A stretch of 64,000 nucleotides of DNA from Endomicrobiales bacterium (GTDB lineage Bacteria > Elusimicrobiota > Endomicrobiia > Endomicrobiales > CAWCFT01). Shown here piece by piece: positions 1 to 11,422 of the stretch (within the stretch, counting starts at the first letter, position 1; every line of letters begins with the position of its first letter). A program made the translations under genes and the position numbers. The stretch covers positions 32,001-96,000 of the forward strand of contig CAWCFT010000008.1 in assembly GCA_963794945.1 (NCBI GenBank), written 5' to 3'. A model generated the notes under the pieces. That model was not told where the DNA came from and did not search any database. It saw only the letters and a program-made list of their open reading frames with translations.

Positions 1-674
1 TTGAGTTTCTTTGTCCCGACTGTTATTACCTCGCCGATGTCTCCGTTGACTTTTGTGGAGTTTATCATGATTATGCGGGGGTTATCCTCACCTGTAATAT
101 TCTTGATCTTCTTGAATATATCTTCCGAATTTACCTGGCCTTTAATATTGACCAGAACAACTTCCTCGGCTTTTCTCGAGAACGATTCTTTAGCCTGCTG
201 CTCGTCGGTAACCGAAATTACCTTATATCCCTTCTTGATCAATTCCTGGCGAGTCTTATCAATGAACTGATTTTCATCATCTATTAAAAGAATGGCTGTT
301 TTCTTCTGTGAATCCTGGACTGTATCTATGATCGCGTTCATATCGAACGGCTTACTAATTATATCGTAAGCGCCTTCGCTTAGCGCCTGGTCTATCAGCT
401 CCTGTTCAGCATTGGCAGTTATCATGAAAACCACTGTTTCGGGGCTGTATTTCTTTATGCCCCTGAAAGTATCAACGCCATTTATGCCCGGCATTTTGAT
501 ATCAAGGAACGCCAGGTCAAATGACAACTCTTTCGCCTTTTCGATCGCCTCGAACCCGCTCTCGTAGGAATAGACTTCGTATCCCTCGATAACAAGCACA
601 TCCGACATTGACTCCCTTATTCCTGACTGGTCGTCAACTATCAAGATCCTTCCTTTGCTGAATTTGTCGCCCAT
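1..674 (-). CDS. Response regulator with tandem receiver domains (3' end runs off the window)
   Basis: Manual translation from ATG at 674: MGDKFSKGRILIVDDQ...FLDIKMPG...ISKPF, then a second ILLIDDE receiver-like segment. Not in the ORF track because there is no stop in the window. Confidence 0.85.
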   Translation of the reverse strand, partial: MGDKFSKGRILIVDDQSGIRESMSDVLVIEGYEVYSYESGFEAIEKAKELSFDLAFLDIKMPGINGVDTFRGIKKYSPETVVFMITANAEQELIDQALSEGAYDIISKPFDMNAIIDTVQDSQKKTAILLIDDENQFIDKTRQELIKKGYKVISVTDEQQAKESFSRKAEEVVLVNIKGQVNSEDIFKKIKNITGEDNPRIIMINSTKVNGDIGEVITVGTKKL

Positions 675-782
675 GTTTATCACCAATTTGAGATTTAGAG
701 ATCGAAATAATGCAATCTATGAAAGAGTGAAGCACTGATTCTTAACCCTTTCAATTTTTGCGATTTCCAAACCAGAATTATA

Positions 783-1710
783 CTATGCCTTTCTCCTATC
801 GACCACATAAGAGCTTTTTTCGTTCTTCTTAGCTATTTTTTTGAGTTCCGCTGCGATTCCGCTCAGCTGACCGTAATGCATAACTTTAGTAAGAGATGTT
901 GATATTATTGCCAGCGCGATAGTCATAAAAGAAAATTTCTTCGTCTTGTTTTCTCTGTCAACAGAAATTATAAAACCCTTTTTTTCGGTCATCCTCATCA
1001 TAATGTTCAGGGATGGACTGATCAAAAAGCTCTATCACTTTTTTTGCCAGCACTTCGTAGTTATCCGGAGCGGTGATCATAATAAAATCATCACCGCCGA
1101 TATGTCCAATGAAGTCGCCTTTCCTTCCGCATTCGCGGCTCGCACGCAAAAGGATGTTCGCGGTGGCTTTTATTACTTCATCTCCCCTGTCAAAACCGTA
1201 CTTATCATTAAAACTCTTGAAGTTGTTTATATCAAGGTACAGCATCGAGAACGGGCACCCCATCGAAATCCTTTTCTCGGCTTCGGCCTTTATAGTCTCG
1301 TTGCCGGACAGGAGCGTAAGAGGGTTCGCATTCATGCTCTGTTCCTTGCGCTCAAGTATAGTCTTGACCCTCGCAAGAAGAAGCGTTGCCTTAAAGGGTT
1401 TTGTTATGTAATCGTCAACTCCAAGTTTTAACCCCCTGATTTCATCATATTCGCTGTTTCGCACACTGAGCATAATCACCGGTTTGTGCAGCAACATGGG
1501 ATCCTGCCTCATGCGCTCCAGCATTTCGTAGCCGTCCATGACCGGCATCGAACAGTCCATGATCACAAGGTCCGGCGACTCATCGTAGACCATCTTGAGC
1601 CCGTCTTTGCCGTCATTAGCCGTGACTACGTTAAAATCCGCAAGAGAAAGTATGTCTTTAAGCATTTCCTGCAGGCTTGGTTCGTCATCAACAACAAGTA
1701 TTTTTTTCAT
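783..1710 (-). CDS. Response regulator receiver + GGDEF diguanylate cyclase (frameshift near 975-990)
   Basis: ILVVDDE / MDCSMP / ITKPF receiver, DINNFK..NDKYG and GGDDF motifs. The C-terminus continues in ORF 783..1025 after a T homopolymer. Confidence 0.9.
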
Positions 1711-3161
1711 ATTTTTTTATTTAAAAGGGCCGGCGCATTTACCGGAAGAATGAACTTAAAAGTTGACCCTTTACCAAGAGTGCTTTCAACCCAGATCTTG
1801 CCTTCGTGCAGCTTAATGATCTCGGCGACTATAGCAAGGCCAAGGCCGGTACCCTTTGGCTTTTTGTTCTGTGACTCCTGAACCTGAAAAAATTTATCGA
1901 ACACCTTTGGCAGAGCATCAGCTGGTATCCCGATACCCGTATCAGCTATCCGAACCTCAATAAACTTCGGCACATTGGTCCCTTGAGCTTTTATGGCCCT
2001 GGCGCTAACAGTAATTTCGGCGTTCGCCGCAGTAAATTTCATGGCATTGCCGATCAGGTTCGTTATTACCTGTTTTATTTTTTCGGGGTCAATTTCTATC
2101 TTAGGGATCTCACCAACAGATTCATATCTAAGCTTTTTGCCCTGTTGCGCCGCGAGCGATTCAAAAAGTGAAACTATTTCCTGTGCAATGTCGCTGACGT
2201 TTATAGAAGTTTTCCGGATTTCAAACTTGCCAGCCTTTATTTTTGCGAGGTCTAATATATTGTTTATAAAGTTAGTAAGCCTTATCGTTGCCTCTTTCAT
2301 TATTTTAAGGCCTTTCTCCTGTTTATCCGGGGTCATTCCTTTATCAAGCCCTTCCAGGAGCAATTCACAGTAGCCGTCTATAGCCGCTAGCGGAGATCGA
2401 AGCTCGTGTGAAACGCTGGAGACAAACCCATCCTTTAATTCATCAAGTTCTTTTAGTTTCATCACCATCTTATTGAACGACTTTCCGAATTTACCAAGTT
2501 CATCCTTTCGGTTGATCTTAACCTGAACATCTAGGTTTCCGCTGCCAAGTTCATCCGCGGCCTTGGCAAGAGCCCTGATAGGCTCATTAAGATAATACGC
2601 GAGGACGTTTGCCAGGATTATGCCGATTATCAGTGCGAGCATGGCCGCGAGAATTATATTTTTTTCGACCAGCCACAGCCCCTCGCTTATCTGCTGGTCA
2701 AGATAGCTGTAAGAAAATCCGGCTCTAATTGTTCCTTTGTACTCGTTCTGTATATAAAATGGGTGTGAGAATTCCAATATTCTTTCACCTATGCCTGAAA
2801 CAACTTCGCTCTGTCCTGGCCGGTCTGCTTTGACCATCCTTTTCTTGAGGGTATTCTCCTGGTCAGGGTCCCTTGACGCAAAAAGCACCGTATCGGTAGG
2901 CGATATATAGCCTGCATAAACAATGGCCGGATTGTGGGTCTTAATAATCGATTTTATAGTATTAAAGACCTGTATCTGATCATTAACAACAAGGGCTTCG
3001 TTGCAGGCGTAAGAAAAATCTTTGAATATTTTGTTCCTGTTTTCTTCGATTTGCGATGTAAGGAGGTTTTTTTGCGTTAAAAATATGCTTCCTGAGATCC
3101 CGAGGATTATGAATAGGATCAGGAAAGATATGTAGAGAGTGAACTTCGTTCTTAAACTCAT
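1707..3161 (-). CDS. HAMP-domain sensor histidine kinase
   Basis: Two TM segments, HAMP (DELGKFGKSFNKM), H-box SHELRSPL, N-box NLIGNAMKF, G-boxes DTGIGI and GTGLGL. Confidence 0.95.
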   Translation of the reverse strand: MSLRTKFTLYISFLILFIILGISGSIFLTQKNLLTSQIEENRNKIFKDFSYACNEALVVNDQIQVFNTIKSIIKTHNPAIVYAGYISPTDTVLFASRDPDQENTLKKRMVKADRPGQSEVVSGIGERILEFSHPFYIQNEYKGTIRAGFSYSYLDQQISEGLWLVEKNIILAAMLALIIGIILANVLAYYLNEPIRALAKAADELGSGNLDVQVKINRKDELGKFGKSFNKMVMKLKELDELKDGFVSSVSHELRSPLAAIDGYCELLLEGLDKGMTPDKQEKGLKIMKEATIRLTNFINNILDLAKIKAGKFEIRKTSINVSDIAQEIVSLFESLAAQQGKKLRYESVGEIPKIEIDPEKIKQVITNLIGNAMKFTAANAEITVSARAIKAQGTNVPKFIEVRIADTGIGIPADALPKVFDKFFQVQESQNKKPKGTGLGLAIVAEIIKLHEGKIWVESTLGKGSTFKFILPVNAPALLNKKI

Positions 3162-3185
3162 ATTTTAGAGGAAGTGAACAAAAGA

Positions 3186-3258
3186 CTTTAGAGAGTAAGA
3201 GAACTGAGCTGCCGCATTAAGCGCAACTCTGCTATTCTCTTACTCTCTATCTCTCTTA
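3186..3258. repeat. Intergenic inverted tandem-repeat hairpin (AGAGAGTA-like unit)
   Basis: agagagtaagagaactgag ... ctctgctattctcttactctct. Confidence 0.6.
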
Positions 3259-3383
3259 GAGCTGATCCCAAAGGACCAACTGATTATAGCAATTACAAAT
3301 TAACTCGCTGATTATGACGTATATCGGCCTTTCGGTCTATATGATCATAGCTAAACAATTACTACATTTGTTTGAATGAAATA

Positions 3384-3674
3384 CTATTCTTCTTCTCTCT
3401 GTTCTATATTGATGACTACTCCGCCGACTTTTCCCACCACCCAGTTATAGAGCCATGATATAAGCGCTATGCCAACGAACATAATAACTGTATAAAGCAC
3501 AACGAATATGAGCCAGGAAAGCAGTTTTGCACCGAACGCGAGATCCTTCGCAATTTCAGTTGGAAAAAGAAAGAACGTAAAAATACCGATTACCGCACCG
3601 AGGATACCGAACACAACGGGAACATTCTTCAACAGTGATTTGACAGCAATGTTTTTTACTTCATAAGCAGCCAT
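3384..3674 (-). CDS. Small two-TM membrane protein (DUF3566-like)
   Basis: 96 aa, two hydrophobic helices, LYN..GG motif, GGAGG RBS. Confidence 0.6.
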   Translation of the reverse strand: MAAYEVKNIAVKSLLKNVPVVFGILGAVIGIFTFFLFPTEIAKDLAFGAKLLSWLIFVVLYTVIMFVGIALISWLYNWVVGKVGGVVINIEQREEE

Positions 3675-3894
3675 GATTCCTCCTTTTTATTTTGCAGAAT
3701 CTCTTCTGCAGTTCTCAACTTAACTCTTCTTTCAGTAACACCTGCTTCTTTCAACCACCTCCTCGGAATTTTTGAATAATAACAAGTTTTACTTTATTTT
3801 TAAATCAGTTTTAAAAATTATAGCAGAGATGCCATTGTTTGTCAATGACAGCATTATAATTAATGAACATTAAGACTCTATATATAATTTTCAA

Positions 3895-4887
3895 TTACTT
3901 TTTATAGAGCTTCTTCATGTCATCAAGCGACATAGGCTTGTAATCACCGGCATGTCCATTCGTGCCAAAATCTAGCATTTTTGTCTCTATTAGCGCAGCC
4001 AGCTGTTCGCGGGCGGGTCCGAGGTAATCGCGCGGGTCAAATTTTTCCGGTTGGGTCGCGAACACTTCCCTTATCGCACCGGTCACGGCAAGCCTTCCGT
4101 CTGTGTCAACGTTTATCTTAGAAACCCCCATCTTTATGGCTTTCTTGAGGTGTTCCATGGGAACGCCCGTAGCGCCCGGCATCTTGCCGCCGTATTTGTT
4201 GACTTTGTCTATTAATGCCTGCGGCACAGATGAAGCGCCGTGAAGCACGAGAGGAATGTCGATAAGCTTGCGAACCTTCTCGAGCACGTCAAAAGCGAGT
4301 TCTTTGCTGCCTTTGAATTTGTACGCGCCGTGCGATGTGCCGATGGCTATTGCGAGCGCGTCTAGCTTGGTCGCATCAACGAACTTTTTTGCTTCATCCG
4401 GGTCTGTAACATGGATCGAGCCTGAACCTACGCCGTCTTCTATTCCGCCTAAGCGCCCTATCTCGCCTTCAACAGTTACGCCGTATTGGTGCGCGTACTC
4501 AACAACCGAGCGAGTCACTTTGACGTTGTAATCGAAATCGGAAGCGGTTTTGCCGTCTTCCATAAGCGAACCGTCAATCATGACCGACGAAAAGCCGAGG
4601 TCTATCGCCTTTTTGCAGGAATCAAGCGAATTGCCATGGTCAAGGTGCATCGCGGTCGGTATGTCCGGATTCTCTATAACGGCGGCCTTCATGAGATAGC
4701 CAAGGTATGTGAAGTTTGCGTACTTGAGGGCTCCGCGGCTGGCCTGTATTATTACGGGTGATTTTGTTTTCTGGGCGGACTGCATTATCGCCTGGACCTG
4801 CTCCATGTTGTTAACATTGTAGGCCCCTACTCCATAGCCTTTTTTTCTTGCTTCTTCTAAGATCTGCTTCATTGGTACAAGTGCCAT
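3895..4887 (-). CDS. fba: Fructose-1,6-bisphosphate aldolase class II
   Basis: HLDHG, SSVMIDGS, AIGTSHGAYK, LVLHGAS and KINVDTD motifs. Confidence 0.97.
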   Translation of the reverse strand: MALVPMKQILEEARKKGYGVGAYNVNNMEQVQAIMQSAQKTKSPVIIQASRGALKYANFTYLGYLMKAAVIENPDIPTAMHLDHGNSLDSCKKAIDLGFSSVMIDGSLMEDGKTASDFDYNVKVTRSVVEYAHQYGVTVEGEIGRLGGIEDGVGSGSIHVTDPDEAKKFVDATKLDALAIAIGTSHGAYKFKGSKELAFDVLEKVRKLIDIPLVLHGASSVPQALIDKVNKYGGKMPGATGVPMEHLKKAIKMGVSKINVDTDGRLAVTGAIREVFATQPEKFDPRDYLGPAREQLAALIETKMLDFGTNGHAGDYKPMSLDDMKKLYKK

Positions 4888-5057
4888 TTTACTTTCTCCT
4901 TTTTTTGTTTATGATCAAGCCGCAAGAGGCGCAAGCCCAAACAAATCCGGACCGCAAGACTCTATGCTACTTCAATGCGCGATGCACCCAGTTCTCAAAT
5001 TATATACTAAATTGTACGAAATAATTCTCAGCTAGTGGTGAAAATATTGTGAATATA

Positions 5058-6068
5058 TTATTTTTTTTCTTTTTTCGCCTTCACATCTTTCTTGCCGGAG
5101 GGCTTATCCTCGAAAGTACCCATCTTCCTGAACTTATCGTAACGGTCACGAGCGATCTCGTCCGGTGTATGTTTTGAGAGCTCTTTGATATGTTTAATGA
5201 GGCTTTCTTTGATCTTCTTCGCCGTAAACTGGTAATCGCGGTGAGCGCCGCCCAGCGGTTCTTCGATGATTTCGTCTACTACACCAATCTTCTGCAAGTC
5301 CTGGGCAGTGATCTTGAGTGCCGTCGCGGCATCGGCGGCCTTTGGCCGCGTCACGGAAAAGTATCGCCGCGCACCCTTCGGGTGATATTACTGAATAATA
5401 GGCATTCTCGAGCATCAGTATCCTGTTCGCCACACCGATCCCCAAAGCTCCGCCCGAACCGCCCTCACCTATCACAACGCATACTATGGGCACCCTGAGG
5501 TCTGACATCTCCCTTAGGTTCCTTGCTATTGCTTCGGCCTGCGCCCGCGTTCTTCAGCGGCTATACCTGGATATGCGCCGGGTGTATCAACGAACGTTAC
5601 CACGCTTAGCCCGAATTTTTCTGCGAGCTTCATTATCCTCAAAGCTTTCCTGTAACCTTCGGGATGAGCCATCGCGAAGTTGCGGTCAAGATTTTCCTGA
5701 AGGCTGCGTCCTTTCTGGTGTCCTATTACAGCTACCGGCATACCATCCAACGAGCCTATTCCGCATATCATCGCTTTGTCATCTGTGAAAGACCTGTCGC
5801 CGTGAAGCTCGATAAAATCGGTGAGCATGAGCCTTATGTAATCCAGAGAGAACGGGCGTTTTGGGTGCCTTGCGAGCTGCACCCTCTGCCACGTGCTCAA
5901 CGACCCGTATATCTGGTTTTTCATCACATCAAGTTTTTCTTCGAGCGCCTTGATCTCTCCGGAATGGTCCATCGTTTCTTCCGGCCCGGGATTTCTAAGG
6001 TTTAATATCCTTTCTTCAAGCTCGATTATTGGTTTTTCAAATTCCAACCCTTTTATTTCTTCTGCCAT
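5058..6068 (-). CDS. accA: Acetyl-CoA carboxylase carboxyltransferase alpha (two frameshifts, ~5540 and ~5340)
   Basis: Fragments with [40 protein letters not shown] and EPLGGAHRD in three frames. Confidence 0.95.
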
Positions 6069-6130
6069 TAGTGAAACCTCATTTTATTTATAATTTTCAG
6101 GGTCTTTGTCTGCAATGTTCACATCTTGAT

Positions 6131-6829
6131 CTAAAACTTGCCCAGGTAACCTATTCGCAGTATTCTCTCGGCTTGCCTGCCCGAAGCCCCCATGTCGCGT
6201 CCGGCAATGTCTATACTTAAATAATTTGTGACAAAAAATCTTACGCCAAGGTTCAAACGGCTGTCCGGGAGGTAATTGACGTTGTCATACTCCGCGAGAA
6301 AATAGAATTTTTCTTCCAGATTGAAATTCACGCTCGCAAAACCATAGATCGTGTTTGTCTTAAAATCGTTCATGTTCGCGCCGAAATTCATTTCAAACCC
6401 GGGGAAAAAATATTCCCTCCCGAAAACCACGAATATCCCTTTCTCTTTCTCCGTGTATGTGCCGGAGGATTTATTGTAGGAATAGCCCTGTCCATCGTAG
6501 CCGAACGCGAACGCCGGAAGTATCATCCCACCGGAAAATGGTTTGATTTTCAAGGACAACGCGGGAGGCGCCACAGTTATGTCCTGCGAGCCGATAGCAT
6601 TCGACACTTCCCAGCCGAAACCAACGTTCACTATCTTGAATACTCCGAAATCAAGCCGGGTTAATATACCGCCTTCGTTAAAAAGCCTGAAATTCAGGTC
6701 ATAGGCGCCGTAATCCAGCATACCCACGGCCGGCGTATCTATTATTCGGGTTGGCTCAAGGGATTCAGCGGCCTCAACCATCGTAAAAACAAACACCAGC
6801 AGGGCCGCCGCTAATAACTTTTTCTTCAT
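6131..6829 (-). CDS. Exported YjbH-like outer-membrane beta-barrel protein
   Basis: Signal peptide, IIDTPA motif, AEYD, alternating beta strands, C-terminal Phe. Confidence 0.6.
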   Translation of the reverse strand: MKKKLLAAALLVFVFTMVEAAESLEPTRIIDTPAVGMLDYGAYDLNFRLFNEGGILTRLDFGVFKIVNVGFGWEVSNAIGSQDITVAPPALSLKIKPFSGGMILPAFAFGYDGQGYSYNKSSGTYTEKEKGIFVVFGREYFFPGFEMNFGANMNDFKTNTIYGFASVNFNLEEKFYFLAEYDNVNYLPDSRLNLGVRFFVTNYLSIDIAGRDMGASGRQAERILRIGYLGKF

Positions 6830-7827
6830 TGATTAGTGCCCTGATTAGTGCTGCTTTTGGTTTTTGTTGAGGTTTTAGGCTTTGAGGTAACAAGGTTAGG
6901 ATAAAGCGCCTTTATTTTCTGGAGCGCCCCAATAACAGTTTGTTGGACTCCCGGGTCGACATCGTTTTTAGCTCTGTTTAACGCAGCCAAAGCGTCGGGC
7001 GAGTTCATGTCCCCAAGCATCGTGGCCGCGCTCATTCTTGTGCCGGGATCTTTATCAGTTATAGCCTTTAAAAGCACGTTTAGCCCGGCAGTCGAGCCTA
7101 TTTTTGTCAGGGCTCCTGCCGCTGCTAATTGCTCGCTTTTATCCGTAGAAGCAAGCGAAGTTGTAAAAGCTGATTCACTATCCTTGTCGCCAAAATTGCC
7201 GCAAATTGAAACTGCCTCAGCGCGTATCGAAGGATCCGAGTCTTTCATCGCGTCGCGAATCGCGCCTAGAGACGACTTGTCATTGATCCTGCCAAGCGCG
7301 TTCAGGCATGACCGGCGCATGCCGGCATTCTTGTCTTTTAAACCTTCCGAAAGAGCAGGGATAGCAGATGTAGCGCGTAGCGACCCCAGCGCGTTCGCGG
7401 ACGCAAAACGGACGCCGTCAGATGGGTCTTTCAGGGCCGCGACAAGGTCTTGAATGGTCGATTGGTCGCCAATATAGTTCAACGCCACTGCCGCGCTTTG
7501 CCGTACGTTTTCCTGTGGATCTTTGTGAAGCAGATCAGCGATAGCTCTTGCAGCGGCGTTCGCGCGCATAAGCCCCAGCGACTCAATTGCGGCCGAGCGT
7601 ACAAAGGCATTATTGTCCGTAAGAGCGCTCTGCAGCGGATCAATAGCCGCCGAGTTCCTGAGCATACCAAGAGCTTCCGCGGCTTGTCTGCGGATCGAAG
7701 GGTCAGCATTTTTCAGTTTTGTGATGTTATCGGAAAGCTGATCGGAAGGAGCTGCAGCATCTGCGGCATAAAGCGGGAATGCTAAAACCAAGCAGAAAAA
7801 TAAAGCCAACCCTGTTTTTCTTGACAT
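6826..7827 (-). CDS. Exported HEAT/PBS-lyase repeat protein
   Basis: Start MSRKTG after a GGAG RBS; signal peptide; repeated L.D....VR..AA.ALG units. Confidence 0.85.
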   Translation of the reverse strand: MSRKTGLALFFCLVLAFPLYAADAAAPSDQLSDNITKLKNADPSIRRQAAEALGMLRNSAAIDPLQSALTDNNAFVRSAAIESLGLMRANAAARAIADLLHKDPQENVRQSAAVALNYIGDQSTIQDLVAALKDPSDGVRFASANALGSLRATSAIPALSEGLKDKNAGMRRSCLNALGRINDKSSLGAIRDAMKDSDPSIRAEAVSICGNFGDKDSESAFTTSLASTDKSEQLAAAGALTKIGSTAGLNVLLKAITDKDPGTRMSAATMLGDMNSPDALAALNRAKNDVDPGVQQTVIGALQKIKALYPNLVTSKPKTSTKTKSSTNQGTNQ

Positions 7828-8070
7828 TTTACTCCTCCCATAAGTCTTACCCCGCCATAGGCAGGGCTTACTGTCATTTAAACTGAAAGGCTCTTTCAAT
7901 TATTAACTTAATCGAATAGATTCTACTTTTTTTGGAGTATATTGTCAAAGTGTTGAGCTCATAATTGTATCTCATCATGGGAAGCTGTGATGCTTGGCAT
8001 GCCTGCCGATGAGGCGAGTCTATTATAAATTCAGCCCGAGCGCCTCTTTTTATGGTAAAATATTACCGCT

Positions 8071-10320
8071 ATGGCAATCGCGATTTTTATTTTCGCCGGT
8101 TTTTCAACAATTATAATCCAATCGATGTTCATCAGGGAAATGCTCGTAGTTTTCCAGGGAAATGAACTATCGGTAGGCATAATAATTTCGCACTGGCTCA
8201 TCGGCACAGCCGTGGGCAACTTTCTGGCCTCCCGGCTCAAACCGGCCAAAACATCCAAACTTAACCTTGTATATTTAATGTCAGGAATACTATTAGTGTT
8301 CATGTTCATAGTTACAAGGGACGCAAGAGCACTTCTAGGTGTTTTCCCGGGAGAAGGCATTTCACTCAAAATGACATTTGTTTCATCGTTATTCATACTA
8401 GCGCCGCTTGGGGCATTCGTTGGGGCACAGTTTACTTTCGCATTTTCATTTATTAGGAGGCCTAACCCTCCCAATTCGTTAGTTCCTGATACCATCAAGA
8501 ATGAACAGCACTTCCTCACCGACGTTCGGTCGGCCGTCTCTAATAACAGCCAAAGGGAACGGCACTTCCTCACCGACGTTCGGTCGGCTGCTTCAGGTTA
8601 TATATGGGAATCGATCGGATGTATAGCCGGAGGCGTTATTTTTACTTTTTTTGCGCTGCACTATCTGGGATCAGCCGCAATCGCGCTAATAATGGCAGCT
8701 CTGTTCTTTTCAGCAGCAGGTGTAACATCAGGCGTTAAACTACGCTACGCTCTATTCGCGGCAAGCATACTTACGATCTTTTCCCTCCCCTGGTCTTCGA
8801 AATATATGGAAAGCTATACTCTGGGAATGATTTATCCCGGGTTTACGGTAGAAGAGTCCGTGAACTCGCCCTATGCGAATATAGTATCCGCGACAAGGAA
8901 CGGAGAAAGATATTTTTTCTCGAACGGCATGCCTGTACTCTCACTGCCAGAACCCGGACATGGAACGGTCGGAAATATTCTCTCACCTGCCGCTTCTTTT
9001 TCACCGGGCCCCCAAAAACATCCTTATAATAGGCGGGGCCGCTAAATTCGTCAAGGGAGCGCTGGACCACGGCGCATCACAGGTCGACTACGCTGAGCAG
9101 GACCCTGAACTCCTCGCCATGATTATGAAGTACTGGCCGGGCAACTTCAAGGACCCGCGGCTTGTGCCGCATTACGCTGATGGTCGGAAATTCCTTGAAA
9201 ACACAAAAACGACCTACGACGCTATACTGATAGGTGTTCCATACCCGTCTAGCCTACCGCTGAACCGCTATTTTACTGAAGAATTCTTTAGGCTGGCCAA
9301 ACAAAAACTATCCAAAGAAGGGATACTTGCCCTCAGTATCCCCGGGTCGCTTGTTTACGTTAGTTCCGCAATGGGAGAGCTAAATGCCATAATTAAAAAA
9401 ACACTGAGTGATGTGTTTCCTTACTCCACTATAATCCCTGGAGATGAAAATATTGTAATAGCGTCCAGAACGCCGCTCAGTGGAAAAAATGTTCTAAAAA
9501 CACGGCTCTCGAAGTTTTCAGATAAAACACTATTTATTTCAAAAGGTTTCATAGACTACGCGCTAGACCCGCAAAAACATGCCTGGATTGATACTGAGGT
9601 AAGCAAATACATCAGTAAATCCAGGCCGAACAGGGACTTCTACCCCGGGGCAATGACAGCATCTCTTATATGGTGGCAGTCAATCTTCGCGCCCAACGCA
9701 ACGACCGTTTATACTTATATTATAAGATACTACTGGGTTCTGTATATTTTACCGTTACTCTGGCTATTTTCTGGCCGCTCTGGAGCTCCAGGCAGCGCTT
9801 TCAGCTCAGGTTTCTGCGCTATGGGGCTCCAAATGGCAAGCATATGGGGGCTTCAGGTGTCAAACGGAAATATATACCAATATATAGGCATAATTAACGC
9901 GCTGTTTATGGCAGGGACGGCTGCGGGGCCGCCGTTGTAAACATTTTTAATTCAAGATTTCAAACTAACTTCAAGAATCCTGTGCTCAAAATGGAAACTG
10001 CTTTCTTATCCTGGATAATATTATGGGGAGCTTTACTTTTTCTGTCGCTCAAGCCTATGATCATTTTCTTTATCCTTTCAACAGTTACCGGGTTCCTGCT
10101 GGGCTGCCAGTTCCCGCTTCTTGTAGGGTCCGCGGATATAACTGAAAAGAATTCATCCGCGGGGCTCTTCTACTCGTTCGATCTTTTCGGTGGATGGCTC
10201 GCGGCAATACTGGTTGGAACAGTGCTTATCCCTGCCGGAGGCTTTTTTGCCGCAGCAATTTTTCTGGCTTTGACAAAAACAGCAAGTACATTTTGGTGGT
10301 ATAGAAATGCCCACACCTAA
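8071..10320 (+). CDS. Membrane-fused spermidine-synthase-like protein (frameshifts ~8960 and ~9930)
   Basis: TM N-terminus (REMLVVFQGNEL), NSPYANI, ILIIGG, DGRKFL..YDAIL, RYFTEEFF, C-terminal TMs (YSFDLFGG). Confidence 0.85.
8503..8588 (+). repeat. Two 32-bp direct repeats with an internal palindrome, in frame inside the CDS
   Basis: gaac(a/g)gcacttcctcaccgacgttcggtcggc at 8503 and 8557 (54-bp period); ACCGA-cgt-TCGGT hairpin. Confidence 0.85.
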
Positions 10321-10885
10321 ACCACAACGATGCTTTGAACTATCCGCACATTTCCGTTGTTTACCAATACTATATACAATCGATCAAATTGAAATATACA
10401 TGAGAAAATATTACAATGTAGCAATGCTTAAGCCTTCCGTTGTTCTGATCCTGTCAATGTTCTGCGTTTCAGAGGCGTTCTGCGCCGGGTCTACTGCAGC
10501 GGACTTCCTCAATATCTCGATAGGCGCCAAGAATGCCGCCATGGGTGAAACAGGCGCCGCAGAAATAGGGATAACGGCCATATACTGGAACCCTGCCGGC
10601 CTCGCGGACGTCGAGAATAAAGCTATATCTTTCACACATTCTTTCTGGTTGGAGGGGATATATTACGAGAACGCATCCTATGCCGCCAGGCTGGGAGCAG
10701 GAAGAAGCGTCTTGGGCATTTCCGTGGATTACCTGTCCATGGATTCGATCAATAGGTACGACAACACTGGCGGCAGCCAGGGCAGTTTCACTCCTTCGGA
10801 CAGGGCGCTCAAACTTACCTACGCTACGGATATCAGCGCGACACCTGAAAAAACTTACGCCGGCATAACTCTAAAATACATTAAA

Positions 10886-11422
10886 TGAACCTCCGCGCAG
10901 CAAGACTGCGCGGTATCAAAGGTCAAAGAAATTGAAGAGCTGTAGTTGCTTTATTTGCTCTTTGTTTCCCTGCTTTGCAACGTAGGCGCGAATCACTTCT
11001 TTATTGCCGCCTTCTCCTACTGTTGCTACAAAGTATCCGTCGCTCCAGAGTTCGCCGCCCCAAAGTTCCTTCTTTAACTCTGGATGTCTCCGGAAAAGCT
11101 CTCTCGCTGTCAAGCTTTTGATTAGTCTTATTACTTGTCCTGGCGAGAACTTTGGCGCTACGCTTATCAGATAGTGGACGTGATTCGCGTCTATCCCTAT
11201 CTGCTCAAACTCTATCTCGTAGCGCTCTTCAATTTCTTTGCTTATTTCAACGAGGCTATGACAGCGGTCAGAATGCCCGAATATAGCCTTCCTATATTTG
11301 ACTGGCGTTACAAAATGATAGTGTATCTGATACCCACTGTGCTCTGTCTTTTTGACCGCTCTCATAGCCTCTATTATACCTTAGCGGTAACCCCGCAGCA
11401 AGACTGCGGGGAATGGTCAAGT
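10886..11422 (-). mobile_element. IS200-type insertion sequence (tnpA only)
   Basis: Subterminal hairpins ccgcgcag-caaga-ctgcgcgg (~10893-10913) and ccccgcag-caaga-ctgcgggg (~11391-11411); no target duplication; 537 bp. Confidence 0.92.
10916..11365 (-). CDS. tnpA: IS200/IS605-family Y1 (HUH) transposase
   Basis: YHFVTPVKYR, HVH (HUH), LWSDGYFVATVG, catalytic Y in IRAYVAKQ. Confidence 0.96.
   Translation of the reverse strand: MRAVKKTEHSGYQIHYHFVTPVKYRKAIFGHSDRCHSLVEISKEIEERYEIEFEQIGIDANHVHYLISVAPKFSPGQVIRLIKSLTARELFRRHPELKKELWGGELWSDGYFVATVGEGGNKEVIRAYVAKQGNKEQIKQLQLFNFFDL

Noticed and set aside
4915..4990. Structured leader of fba (ccgcaaga twice)
   Set aside because: Weak pairing and no recognisable motif; insufficient support.
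5058..6068. accA, prs and ispE as true pseudogenes or programmed frameshifts
   Set aside because: Essential genes with intact motifs, no consistent slippery sites, and a window-wide indel pattern indicate sequencing error.
10886..11422. IStron or TnpB/omega-RNA system
   Set aside because: The element is only 537 bp with tnpA alone; there is no room for tnpB or a group I intron.
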